This document shows positions 9,502 through 19,100 of a stretch of 21,293 nt of DNA, in pieces. Below the pieces are notes generated by a model. That model was not told the DNA's origin, made no database searches, and saw nothing but the letters and a program-made list of their open reading frames with translations. Every line of letters begins with the position of its first letter. Within the stretch, counting starts at the first letter, position 1. Position numbers and translations under genes: made by a program. The stretch comes from Candidatus Thorarchaeota archaeon (lineage in GTDB: Archaea > Asgardarchaeota > Heimdallarchaeia > Hodarchaeales > Hodarchaeaceae): positions 1 to 21,293 of the forward strand of contig JBHLRO010000038.1 in the NCBI GenBank assembly GCA_048882505.1, written 5' to 3'.

Positions 9502-10368
9502 CTATTGAGGTACAATAGTGATGTCGTCAGCAAAATGCTCGATCCCTGCGGCTACGGTCTTAATAATTCGTTTTTTGATGGTACTAATTTTAAAGTGGGG
9601 AAAAGACCCAGAGATGATATTTTTGACGTTTTGATACCAATCCTGAGGATTTCGGTTACTACTGAGGCCATGGGCATGGATGGTTCCCCCGCGGGTTTGA
9701 CGAAGGGATGAAAGGGCATTGATAAAGTGCGCGGAGTCGAGGTCAAAGTATCCCATAATAACACGATCCGCCCAATCGACGGGGGTAGCGATACGATTGT
9801 CGCCACAAACAGCGTAGTAACGATCGGTCAGGTGGTTCATTTGGATGTTTTTGGCCAGATAAGTACAGGCAAGTGGATTGATATCAATACCTAGGACTTT
9901 CACTGTCGGAGTATGAACTGCAAGGGGAATTGAGAGATTTCCTACACAGGCAAACATGTCTATGACATGTTCGTGAGGTTGAGACGCGTGGATTAGATGG
10001 AGCCGTTCCGCGTGGTTGCCACTTGAAAAGGTCAATCGGAGGGCATCGAGCATGAATGTACAATGAAGTTCTTTATGGACGGTGACAGTCTGGGGATCCC
10101 CAGCCAGCACCTCATAATCCGGGGTTCGCGTCTGCTGGGTCGTGATTCCTATCTTATGGGCCATGGTCGATAGTTCAGGGAGGTGTTTAAGGTAAGTTTT
10201 CCCGATTATCTGTTTCCAGGGGTAAAGACGGGGATCTAGGGTAAGAATTCCGACATGACCAATCCGCTTCCACCCTTGTGGTAGAAGGTCAATAAGGGGG
10301 AGGGGAATGAGATTTTGAACCAGAATATCGTTCAGAATGAGCTCAAAAGGGGGCCGAGAGCGGCTCAA
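9502..10368 (-). CDS. Trm5/TYW2 (Taw2)-family SAM-dependent tRNA modification enzyme
   Basis: [26 protein letters not shown] motif [15 protein letters not shown] and ADRVIMGY are characteristic of the Met-10+/TYW2 family. The TTG start overlaps the rps14 stop (TTGA). Confidence 0.88.
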   Translation of the reverse strand: MSRSRPPFELILNDILVQNLIPLPLIDLLPQGWKRIGHVGILTLDPRLYPWKQIIGKTYLKHLPELSTMAHKIGITTQQTRTPDYEVLAGDPQTVTVHKELHCTFMLDALRLTFSSGNHAERLHLIHASQPHEHVIDMFACVGNLSIPLAVHTPTVKVLGIDINPLACTYLAKNIQMNHLTDRYYAVCGDNRIATPVDWADRVIMGYFDLDSAHFINALSSLRQTRGGTIHAHGLSSNRNPQDWYQNVKNIISGSFPHFKISTIKKRIIKTVAAGIEHFADDITIVPQ

Positions 10369-10523
10369 TATTTCTTAAATCCTAGTTCTGGAGCAATTTC
10401 ACGAATACATCGGCGGCAGATATAGAGGCCATATTTGCGGATAACTGCTCTATGAGTTTTACAGCGCCGACAGGTGCGGGTTCCGCGTCCGAAAGGCTTT
10501 TTTGTACGAAGGTTCTGTGTCAT
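10365..10523 (-). CDS. rps14: 30S ribosomal protein S14 (uS14, zinc-binding type); absent from the ORF track
   Basis: Manual translation gives [52 protein letters not shown] (52 aa) with two CxxC motifs, in the canonical position after rpl5. Confidence 0.96.
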   Translation of the reverse strand: MTQNLRTKKPFGRGTRTCRRCKTHRAVIRKYGLYICRRCIREIAPELGFKKY

Positions 10524-10528
10524 GTGGC

Positions 10529-11140
10529 TCACTCAACTTCTAGGTTATATTCATGCTTGAAAAAAGCTACACTTTCTTCTTTAGTTAATTTATGACGAGT
10601 AGATATTTTTTTGGACTTGATCCGACGGAGTTTGTTTCGGTAACCAGGACGGCCCATAACAATTGTAGTATTGAAACCATGGACACCAATTTGAGGATCA
10701 TACTTGATATCGGGGAGTTTAAGGTGTTCATCTATGCCAAAGGAGAGGTTCCCATAACGATCGAAGTTTCCCGCAGTGACCTTTTCTTCAACTGCATAGA
10801 AGGCCTTTTTGAGAAAAGCTTGGGCCAATTCGCCGCGCAAGGTAGTGAAAACGCCAATCGGTTCGTGTTTGCGGATACCAAAACCCCGAACAGATTCTTT
10901 GGCTCGACCTTCAGCGGGGACCTGGTTAGTGATTTGTTGGCAAAGAGTTCTGGCTTTTTCCAAATCGGGACCCGATCTTCCCACTGCAAAGTTGACGGAG
11001 ACTTTTTGGATGCGGGGTTTTCGCATAGGCTTGGTTTTCCATAACTCTAGGAATGACTGTTCGGTCTCGGTAAGTTGAACGGGAGGACGTTCTTCTTGTT
11101 CACGAGATTTTCGGCGTCGGAGTCTCAATCTATTGCTCAT
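10529..11140 (-). CDS. rpl5: 50S ribosomal protein L5 (uL5)
   Basis: [42 protein letters not shown] and YDPQIGVHG motifs. Confidence 0.97.
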   Translation of the reverse strand: MSNRLRLRRRKSREQEERPPVQLTETEQSFLELWKTKPMRKPRIQKVSVNFAVGRSGPDLEKARTLCQQITNQVPAEGRAKESVRGFGIRKHEPIGVFTTLRGELAQAFLKKAFYAVEEKVTAGNFDRYGNLSFGIDEHLKLPDIKYDPQIGVHGFNTTIVMGRPGYRNKLRRIKSKKISTRHKLTKEESVAFFKHEYNLEVE

Positions 11141-11912
11141 CGGTATTGGATTCTCCTTCGGTGGCTATGGGGGAAAGATCAATAATTGGAGTTTTCTGGC
11201 CAATAATGAAAATATGGTTATCTGTGGTCTTGATGGGTCCTTCTTCCGTGTTGAGGGTAACAATTCGATTTTTTCTTCCCAATTGCGTCTCGATATCGCT
11301 TATTTCTCCGCTCAATCCGACATTGTGCCCTCCAATAACTAGTCCCAAGTTTCCTTCAGAAAAAGGGAAATGTTCTTCAATTTCTTTGGTTTCCAGGTTA
11401 AAAAGGATGGTGTTTTTGGGAGAGATTTCTTGGACGGGTGGTCCACCTTTGGTTGTAGGATCGATAAGGAGAGTTCGTCCATCGTGAAAAGCCAATTGAA
11501 TAAGCCCGCCGCGGACAGTTTTTTTCTTCTCAACCCGAAGGGGTTTCCGAGATGCCTGCTCAGAGGATATGGGATGGAGCATGAGACGACGTTTACCGCG
11601 GTAGGGGATCAGACGATAATATTCATTAGCTACGGTGATTTCTAGGGTATCCAGTAATCCTACTTGAGATTTATAGCTTGTCCTGACCTGGCCATCAACT
11701 TTAATGATCTCTCTCTTTAGGATTTTTTTTACTTCCGACAGGGTCTTGGCATACCCAAGGATTTCTCGGAGAATAATCCCCAGAGGTAGAGAAAACTCAT
11801 TCCGTTTTCCTGGCAAGGGTCGAACGGTAAAGACACCGTGTTTGCGGGCAATCGAGTAAGTGATAGGAGCGTTCAATCGTTTTTTATGTCGTGAAATGCC
11901 TTTACTTCCCAT
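11130..11912 (-). CDS. rps4e: 30S ribosomal protein S4e (eS4)
   Basis: MGSKGISRHKKRLNAP, PLGIILREILGYAKT, KVDGQVR and QLAFHDGR motifs. Confidence 0.97.
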   Translation of the reverse strand: MGSKGISRHKKRLNAPITYSIARKHGVFTVRPLPGKRNEFSLPLGIILREILGYAKTLSEVKKILKREIIKVDGQVRTSYKSQVGLLDTLEITVANEYYRLIPYRGKRRLMLHPISSEQASRKPLRVEKKKTVRGGLIQLAFHDGRTLLIDPTTKGGPPVQEISPKNTILFNLETKEIEEHFPFSEGNLGLVIGGHNVGLSGEISDIETQLGRKNRIVTLNTEEGPIKTTDNHIFIIGQKTPIIDLSPIATEGESNTDEQ

Positions 11913-11926
11913 GATAGTTCAGTCCG

Positions 11927-12409
11927 TTACTCTTCCTCCAGGGAAAGGTCTTCTAGATCGTCATCCAGTTCCTCGGAGATTTCTTCAATTTCTTCCTCTT
12001 CTTCTTCTGGTTCAAGGATATCTTCCAGTTCCACCTCAACGGTGGTTTTGGCTCGACGTTCAAGGATCGCCTTCCTTGAGCGATCGACCTTGCCAAACCG
12101 ACGGATGACTACTTGGGATGAATGAACGGGATAAAAGATCTTGGATTTGTCCGCTTTCTCACGAGAGATCCCATCAATCTCCAAGCGTTTGGTTTTATAG
12201 TTGGCAGTAAGCACTTTACCTTCAGTTCCAATAAAGTCTCCCGCTGCTACATATACAGTGTCACCACGACGCACAGGTAGGTTTTTAACCTTGTATTTTT
12301 TTTGTAAATCTTTAGATAGACGAACGGACATATAACGATGTCGCCGAAAGCTGTCCTCGGCATAGGAACGTTTGCGGTTTTTCCGTGGATCGCGTGTCTT
12401 AGAGCCCAT
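11927..12409 (-). CDS. rpl24: 50S ribosomal protein L24 (uL24) with acidic C-terminal tail
   Basis: PRKNRKR, MSVRLSKDL, LPVRRGDTV (KOW) and PVHSSQVVI motifs. The start is reassigned to ATG 12409. Confidence 0.96.
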   Translation of the reverse strand: MGSKTRDPRKNRKRSYAEDSFRRHRYMSVRLSKDLQKKYKVKNLPVRRGDTVYVAAGDFIGTEGKVLTANYKTKRLEIDGISREKADKSKIFYPVHSSQVVIRRFGKVDRSRKAILERRAKTTVEVELEDILEPEEEEEEIEEISEELDDDLEDLSLEEE

Positions 12410-12425
12410 GGTTATTTCACTCTCG

Positions 12426-12842
12426 TTAGGCAATTATCCGAGCGGCGCTGGCGATACGGGGCCAAGAATCGGCTGCTTCCTTTGAAACAGCCCCTCGGAT
12501 TTCAGTCCCACGGGGTTCTCCATTTTCATTCGTTACAACAATGGCATTATCTTCAAAGTGAACCCAGCTCCCGTCAGCTCGTTTGTAGGGTTTTTTTTGT
12601 CTTATTACAACTCCGTGTACGATTTGTCGGCGTAATTTTGGAGTGCCCTTTTTGACACTACAGACGATAAGGTCGCCCACTTTAGCCGCGGGTTGTCTTC
12701 GTAGACGGGTTTTATGCCCTTTAACACTAATAACCTCGACAATTCGAGCTCCAGAGTTATCAGCGACTTGGACTCTTGCCCCAGTAGGTAATGCCCGTGT
12801 GATACGACGAGTTACTAATCGAAGGGCTTTACGTTTTTTCAT
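12426..12842 (-). CDS. rpl14: 50S ribosomal protein L14 (uL14)
   Basis: VADNSGA, VGDLIVCSVKKG, RADGSWVHFEDNAIVV and RGTEIRGAV motifs. Confidence 0.98.
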   Translation of the reverse strand: MKKRKALRLVTRRITRALPTGARVQVADNSGARIVEVISVKGHKTRLRRQPAAKVGDLIVCSVKKGTPKLRRQIVHGVVIRQKKPYKRADGSWVHFEDNAIVVTNENGEPRGTEIRGAVSKEAADSWPRIASAARIIA

Positions 12843-12846
12843 GAGG

Positions 12847-13191
12847 TCAGTCTCCTGCTTCTATCTTTTCGATGACAACGAAAGAGACAGTTTTTGCCAA
12901 GGGTCGGCATTCGCCTATCCGGACTCGATCCCCCACTTTGGCATCAATACAGGGGGGATTATGAGCGTGAAAGCGAGTGGTGGATCCGGCATATCGTTTG
13001 TATTTTCTCACCAGCTCTAGTCGGGACTGTTTAACGGTTACGGTTTTATCCATCTTATCTGAAATGACTTCGGTTTCCATGAATCGGCCACGAACTGACA
13101 AAGTACCGTGAAACGGGCAGTTGTTATCATCACAGGTTCTCTTAGGAGAGGGGGCGACTCCTATGTGTCGGGAATACTTCTTTTTTACCAT
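12847..13191 (-). CDS. rps17: 30S ribosomal protein S17 (uS17)
   Basis: CDDNNCPFHGTLSVRG, KMDKTVTV, HAHNPPC and GECRPLAKT motifs. ATG 13191 overlaps the rpp29 stop. Confidence 0.97.
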   Translation of the reverse strand: MVKKKYSRHIGVAPSPKRTCDDNNCPFHGTLSVRGRFMETEVISDKMDKTVTVKQSRLELVRKYKRYAGSTTRFHAHNPPCIDAKVGDRVRIGECRPLAKTVSFVVIEKIEAGD

Positions 13192-13475
13192 TGACGTTTC
13201 GTCCATGTTTTGATTCGATCTTCGGGTCGGCCTTTCATTACTTTGCCATCGATTTCATAGATATGATCATTATATGCAATTCGGAGGACTATTTGATGTT
13301 TGGGGAAGATTTTAATGCCATTAGGGGTTTTTAATTGCAACGTATGCTTTGTTTCTTTCCAGATGATTCCAGTGATTTTTTGGTTTCCATAGAAGATTTC
13401 ACAATGTTTGCCGAGAAGGCGAATTTTCGTAATATTGCTTGGTTTTGCCACTCGAAGGTCATTAACGGGCGTCAT
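13185..13475 (-). CDS. rnp1: Ribonuclease P protein subunit Rpp29 (Pop4/RNP1)
   Basis: GIIWKETKHT, G-IKIFPK and IDGKVMKGRPEDRIK motifs, in the canonical position between rpl29 and rps17. The start is reassigned to ATG 13475. Confidence 0.9.
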   Translation of the reverse strand: MTPVNDLRVAKPSNITKIRLLGKHCEIFYGNQKITGIIWKETKHTLQLKTPNGIKIFPKHQIVLRIAYNDHIYEIDGKVMKGRPEDRIKTWTKRQW

Positions 13476-13665
13476 TTTCTTCTTTTCCAATTGTATGAAG
13501 GCGGGCAATAGTCTGTCTTAGCAGCCGAACTCGTCCAGCCGATTCAATTGACCCCGATTTAGCTTTACCTTTTACTGCTAGTAATTCGGTCTTTAATTCC
13601 GTGATCTTCTTCTGACGATCTTGAGGGCTCATTTTCCGGATTTGTGATTTACGTAAGATAGCCAT
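13462..13665 (-). CDS. rpl29: 50S ribosomal protein L29 (uL29)
   Basis: MAILRKSQIRKMS...ELKTEL...GRVRLLRQTIARLHT, directly after rps3. Confidence 0.95.
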   Translation of the reverse strand: MAILRKSQIRKMSPQDRQKKITELKTELLAVKGKAKSGSIESAGRVRLLRQTIARLHTIGKEENDAR

Positions 13666-13670
13666 ATGAT

Positions 13671-14522
13671 TCAGTCCTCCTTATCAAAATCCGATGCCTG
13701 TAGCAGATCCTTATTTTTCTCCGGTTCCGATGTGTCAGGACCGATGGCTTCTTCCTCGGAGGATGGTTTGGATTCTTCTACTTTTCCAGAGGCTTCTTCT
13801 GCTGGTGGGGCCCCCAGTTCTTCAAGGATTTCGGATTCGGTTTCAATTTCCTGCTCCTCTTCTTCTGGTTCTATCTCTTCAGCCTCTACTTCTTCTGGTT
13901 TTTCTTCGGCCTTTGGAGGAGCAAACACATCATAAACGATCTCAGCGTCGTCAGGCAAAGTTGCATCTGGTTGCATGATTTTGACATGAACGCCAATGAC
14001 CCCTTGTTTTAAGGTGACTTCCATGACCGAGCTGTCAACAAATTTCTCGGCGGGTTCTCCACACTTGGCTACAAAACCATCTCGAAAGACCTCAGCTCGA
14101 GCCCGTTGTGAGGTTAATTTTCCTTTGATGGTGATTTCACAACCTCGTGCATTAGCGCCCATTATACGCCGAACCAAGGCATAGCCTGCGCGTCGGAAGT
14201 GAAAGCCTTTTTGAATTTGGGAAATTAAACGTCCTGCCATCACGCGAGAATTAAGATGGGGGTTTTCCAAATCACGGACTTCGAGCTGAGGGGTCTCCAA
14301 TCCATAAACATGCTCTAGAATGTCTGTAATTTTTCGAACATTCCGTCCACGTCTTCCGATCACAATCCCTAACCGAACTGCATGGATAACGACTCTATGG
14401 CCCATGGGAGTCTTGTGGATCTCGATTTTACCCTGACCTGCGAGCTTTAGTTCGTCATTGAGGTACTCCATCACTTGTACATACTGCAGATTTTTGTGAA
14501 TGAAATTTTTCTGCGCTGCCAT
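13671..14522 (-). CDS. rps3: 30S ribosomal protein S3 (uS3) with long acidic C-terminal extension
   Basis: KTPMG, GIVIGRRG, FRRAGY, ARGCEITIKGKL and KQGVIGVHVKIM motifs, plus a ~80-aa Glu-rich tail. Confidence 0.97.
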   Translation of the reverse strand: MAAQKNFIHKNLQYVQVMEYLNDELKLAGQGKIEIHKTPMGHRVVIHAVRLGIVIGRRGRNVRKITDILEHVYGLETPQLEVRDLENPHLNSRVMAGRLISQIQKGFHFRRAGYALVRRIMGANARGCEITIKGKLTSQRARAEVFRDGFVAKCGEPAEKFVDSSVMEVTLKQGVIGVHVKIMQPDATLPDDAEIVYDVFAPPKAEEKPEEVEAEEIEPEEEEQEIETESEILEELGAPPAEEASGKVEESKPSSEEEAIGPDTSEPEKNKDLLQASDFDKED

Positions 14523-14526
14523 AAGC

Positions 14527-14988
14527 TCATTCCTCGGTTAATACAACTTCCACATGAGTTAGGGTTTTGTTACTAGGGGAGGTGCGTCCATGCGCCCGAG
14601 GAGTATAACCTCGAATTTTGCGGCCACGTAAGGCAGCGATATGTGAGATACGGAGGCGGCTGACCTCAAGGCCCTTGAAAGAGGCGTTTTGCTCTGCGCT
14701 TTCAAGCAGGCGTAAAATTTCGTAAGATGCTTTTTGCGGATAGCGACCGGCCGGCCATTTCGATAGATCATTACGATGGGGGACCTTTTTTCGATAACGG
14801 CGGAAGGGGATACTGCGTTTCTTGTCAAGAACCGCTTCTAGGTATTCTTGGGCTGTTTCTAGGTATTTCCCTTTGATTTCATGACAAATCTCCCGAGCAT
14901 GTTTCGGGGAGATGCGCAGATTGCGGCCGCAACTGACAGCAGTACGGTCGGGATCTAGGCCATAGACTGATAATTTGTATTTAGGCAT
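14527..14988 (-). CDS. rpl22: 50S ribosomal protein L22 (uL22), intact copy; the first ~18-20 codons are probably supplied by the island
   Basis: GRNLRISPKHAREIC, IPFRRY, GRYPQKA and PRAHGR motifs. The start is reassigned to ATG 14988. Confidence 0.97.
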   Translation of the reverse strand: MPKYKLSVYGLDPDRTAVSCGRNLRISPKHAREICHEIKGKYLETAQEYLEAVLDKKRSIPFRRYRKKVPHRNDLSKWPAGRYPQKASYEILRLLESAEQNASFKGLEVSRLRISHIAALRGRKIRGYTPRAHGRTSPSNKTLTHVEVVLTEE

Positions 14989-15015
14989 AAGGAGTACCAA
15001 ATAACCAATAAATAG

Positions 15016-15023
15016 TTTTTATA
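15016..15023 (-). promoter_or_regulatory. TATA box (TATAAAAA) for the rpl22-rps14-taw2 operon
   Basis: Lies 28-35 nt upstream of the rpl22 ATG, consistent with a short-leader archaeal transcript. An imperfect palindrome GACATTTAATAACTGTC (15033-15049) is just upstream. Confidence 0.6.
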
Positions 15024-15216
15024 CTAGATTGGGACATTTAATAACTGTCAGCTAAACCAATAAATGATAGTGGTTATCTTAGGCATATTCTAATTCACTT
15101 TAAAGTAAACACCTTTTAACAAAAACTTTGGTAAAACGGGCTCGAACGACCAGATAGTGGAACAACGGTGGGTTATTTCCAGTGTGCTGAGTATAGGTAG
15201 TGAGTTTGTACTCTGC

Positions 15217-15242
15217 AAAAAAAAGGAGACTTCCCTTCTCCT
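15217..15242 (-). terminator. Hairpin + U8 intrinsic-type terminator
   Basis: The - strand reads AGGAGA-AGGGAAG-TCTCCT followed by a T-run (A-run at 15217-15224 on +). Confidence 0.5.
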
Positions 15243-15372
15243 AATGTCCATTCCAGACGATCTTTCTTCCTTCCGTTGGCATCTTTCTACGAACCAAATA
15301 CCCTCACGGGTATTTCGGCTTCTGAATACCTAGATGGGTTTTCGCTTGTATATCTCACAAACGGGTCGATTT

Positions 15373-15590
15373 TCCCTCGGTAAACTTGGAAAATACGTCT
15401 GAGGGGCAGGAGACTCCCCCGTTTTGCCGTGTTCACGCACCCCCCATGAAATCCTCGAGGCGCGTAACGGGGGCAGGCCGTGGGTTTTCGGCCCAAAAAT
15501 CCGCGTCCCTCGGTGAAATGTTTTCGAAGCGTAACGGGGACGGTGGAGTGCCCCGTTGACTTTTTTCGGATTTCCCCCCGAGGAACCTTT
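15373..15590. repeat. Degenerate ~67-bp tandem repeat array (about 3.3 units), non-coding
   Basis: TCCCTCGGT at 15373/15506, GGGGCAGG at 15403/15470, GCGTAACGGGG at 15462/15529 and CCCCGTT at 15417/15551; C-runs begin at 15374, 15440, 15507 and 15574. Confidence 0.65.
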
Positions 15591-15790
15591 TCATGTTACC
15601 TATAAAAACTACCAGATTTCAATGAAATGTTTAAGATTGATTTTGTAGATAACCAAAATTTGCGTCTTTGGTTTTGGGGGTCTTGCGTAATAATCAACAA
15701 GGAGTTTAAACCTATTCATTTGGAAAATCACATACGAAAACTTCTTTCCTCGTTGTGAACAGGGAAGAATCCATTGGTAGGTTCTCCCTG

Positions 15791-15990
15791 CTAATTTGGT
15801 TTCTCTAATACTATGATTGACGTTTGAACATCAGTTCCGCTAGCAGAAACGCTCCGGATGGAACCTCTTCGGTTTTAGTACAATATCTTTCTAGGAGTTC
15901 TGTAAAGAATCGTCTGTCTTTCCTCCGTGAATGCTTACTCAGTAATAGTCCGCTGGGCAGAATTACTACTAGTATTCCCCCCTTTAAAAG
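15791..15990 (-). pseudogene. Frameshifted fragment of an N6-adenine DNA methyltransferase (C-terminal motif region)
   Basis: Reads LLKGGILVVILPSGLLLSKHSRRKDRRFFTELLERYCTKTEEVPSGAF, then after a 1-nt loss near 15847 continues (S)ASGTDVQTSIIVLEKPN*. This matches the 'GG.L..ILP.G...LP.GAF..SGT.V.T.I.VL.K' pattern of N6-MTases. There is an in-frame stop upstream and no NPPY/F motif was found. Confidence 0.6.
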
Positions 15991-16134
15991 AGAAGATCCT
16001 CTGGAGCGTCTTCATTCCCTTATAAACCTATCAGCGCCATGCTTGGGATGGACACACTTCGTGTCTCAATCCCCATTTATAATGTACCCGCATTAGTTCC
16101 TCTTTTAACTTATTGTCTTCCGGAAGACATTCCT

Positions 16135-19100
16135 ATGGCACTTGATAGATCTAAAACATACTATGTCGCACTTTGCGTCTTTCTTGTCGTTGGTGGGCTG
16201 GCCACCGCATATAGTACGGGGCGGGAAGTCCAACTCATACCCCACAACCCGAAAAGAACCCCTGATAAAGTCGTGGCCTACCTCAACAGCTACCTGAACG
16301 AAAAAGTGAACCCCACTACCCTGTCAGATGTCTTGGTGACCCAGTACATCGAACATCCGCACGAAGCTACGGATGTTATGCCTCTCTATCCCACTCAGTC
16401 CATCGTTCAAGAATATTTCCTTGTCAATTGTTCCCTCACGGAGATCGAATTCTATTTAGTGCCAGGAGAAGACCCTATTGGAACAGATGTCGGGATTTCC
16501 ATCTATACCAAACCAACCAACGATTCTGTATGGCGATTAGAGCGCTATCAACCTGTCTCTACACGAGGTCTTGAAAGTACCTCCCAACACATAATCATTG
16601 AGGCCCCCCGCATCACCGTGGGGCACGAAGGAACATATCTACGAGTGATGATCACTAACTTCGGGGATGAGAATTCCGATGTTGTATATGTCCCCTTACA
16701 TCGGAATTTTAACGAAAAAATAACGTTTTCGGGAATTAACACCGCGGTAGACACTGACATGGGGATTTTTCTGACGATTAAGAATCGTTTTCGGAAACTG
16801 TATGGCTATCGTTATTTTGCTGTCTATGAGCCCGGTGACGGTGTGCAATTCTATAGAAGTATGTATCGGACAGATCAGAAAGGGACACCGTCAGTGAAAT
16901 CATCTGAAGTGATCGCGCTTTTTGATGATCTCACCTTACTGCGGAAGGATAGCATTTACGAACCATACATTGAATTTGAAAGCCCTCTGGAAATGTTCTT
17001 ACCCCGTGAAATTAAGGAATCAAATCTCGTACAACACGTTTATCGTATACTGAAGGGTATACCTGGAATCGGGGCACTCTTCCAGTACAAACCCACCCCA
17101 GTAGTTTATTCAATGGGTACTAGTACGGTGCATAAAGAGGATGAGACTTTTTTGACATTTACGGATCGGCTGATACGACAAGCACAAAGTGATATCAATT
17201 TTATCTCAGTTCCTGTCCTCAAAACGTTAAATCTTGGAAGAGAAGACGGGGTACTCTCACTCGAGGAAAAAATTAATCGGTTAGACTCTTTTGAAAAACA
17301 CTTTGTATCTGTGTATAATGAACTCGAATCCCAATTCACATACGAAATGAATGACATAAGTCCGACCCAAATCGAGCTAACGAAGACGGACGAGCGGGGA
17401 AAGTTACTCTCGAAATGGTATTTCGATTTATCCCGCTCCCTTGACGAGATGGTCAGCGAAATTTCCGTCCTCGATTTGACGCAGAGTGTAACCCGCATTA
17501 GTTTTCTCAGTTTGCTCAATACTCTCAATAGCCAGTATTTTTCCAGCAAAGAACGAGGAACGAGCGCAACTCAAGAAATAGGGCGAAGAGAACACTTTCA
17601 CTTGGTTAGTCAGGCTAGTACGTTAAATTTCAACCATTTAACCAAACTTATGGCAGATGTGGCCAAGCCTGAATTCCTCTCAGATAACGTCACAATCCTT
17701 TCCAACCCCAATAATGGCACTTTTATGGTCATTGATGGGACAGGTAAAATCGTTCAGGAATTCATGTTGGCAGGTAGTTCAGAGTACTTCGGAATCTCGA
17801 ATCCATTGGTACCCAGTCAGGAAAACCGTCTCCAGATGTGGCTTGCAAAGACTTTTGGCCCGTGGGCGAATCTGCAAGTCCCAGACAAACGTCCAGCGGA
17901 CACTTGGAGTACTACCCTTTATTCGATGGATGAAGAACGGGACGAAAATGATTATTGGACCCCTCTAATTAATTATTCGCGCCCCCTGGCCCTATCCCCT
18001 GGCGGGGTCGGTACGACATCTCGTGGTTGGTATGCGGGTAATCGTATTTATGATTATAGTTCCTCTGTCCCCAATTGGGAAGACGTTTCCGATGTTGATT
18101 GGGATACCGCTGGGGTGACGTGGAGTTACGGATCCACTGCCAGTGACGACCTAAAAATCCAAGGCGGGGATACGGGGTATTGGACTGGTAACATTAATGG
18201 CCACTTTATGGACAACAATGGATGGCTCATGCTCGACTTGGGTGATGAGCTCCCCGAGACTACTCATTGGAAAGTCAGTTTCGATATCAAAAAAGATGAG
18301 TGGCCGCCTCTTGGGTCTGGTGCGAAGCAAGGGGATTATATTAGTGGGAGTTGGGTAGAATCGGGCCTGGGTGTACATTTGACCGATGACGTGGGAATCT
18401 TAGAGTTGATGACCCGCAATGGCACGTATTCCAATGACATTGAGTTCTGGCTTCCCTTACAATTTGGTGATGGGGAGCTTCTCTCCGATGGGTACACCTC
18501 CTTCATTGTGTATGACCCTCGATTTAATTATAATTACACCCGCTATAATGATGTTTTTAATGCGGGTCTGCCTGGTGCTGAGCAATTATGGCATTGGGCA
18601 GGTGGGACACTCAATGGAGATGGACTTGCACGATATTTCCATGAAATGACGTATCCCCACGAAGATCCCAGTGGTCTGGGCGTGTTAAAACTGACTCCAG
18701 ACCAATGGTACCATATTGACATTTATTATGACGAATACAGTCATATGTTAACTATCCTAGTAGATAATCGTGTCGTCTTATCGAGTCTCTACATGCCTCC
18801 CCTGGTGAGCGGGTCTCGGTTTGAGAATATATGGTTCTATAATTTCGGTAGAGATACGAGCGTCATTAGTAACTTATACATCACGGACGCGGTTCCCTCC
18901 ATTATGCCTTTTACCACATCTGTGGCGGATGTGGGAAGAATCACAGGGTACCTCCCTGGGGGAGGAGATGATAAGGGTCTCGATTTGACGGGGGCGGTCA
19001 TTCCCTATTGGAATACGGATCCCCTCTGGCCTACACAAGGGAAGCAACAATCTGACGGCATTATTACCACTATTGGGCAGTCGATCCAGATGGGACAGGG

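Noticed and set aside
10592-14828. + strand ORFs antisense to the ribosomal protein genes (e.g. 10592-11044, 12643-13020, 13666-13935)
   Set aside because: They are antisense shadows of well-supported - strand genes with no recognisable motifs.
15373-15590. CRISPR array or canonical ORB origin interpretation of the 67-bp array
   Set aside because: There is no conserved repeat alternating with unique spacers and no cas genes. There is no good match to the GTTCCAGTGGAAAC ORB consensus and no adjacent orc1/cdc6.
15287-16096. Track ORFs 15287-15496 (-) and 15824-16096 (+), and the 16039 start of the giant ORF
   Set aside because: The two short ORFs lack motifs and overlap the repeat array or the MTase relic. 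ATG 16135 places the hydrophobic signal at the N-terminus and is the better start.
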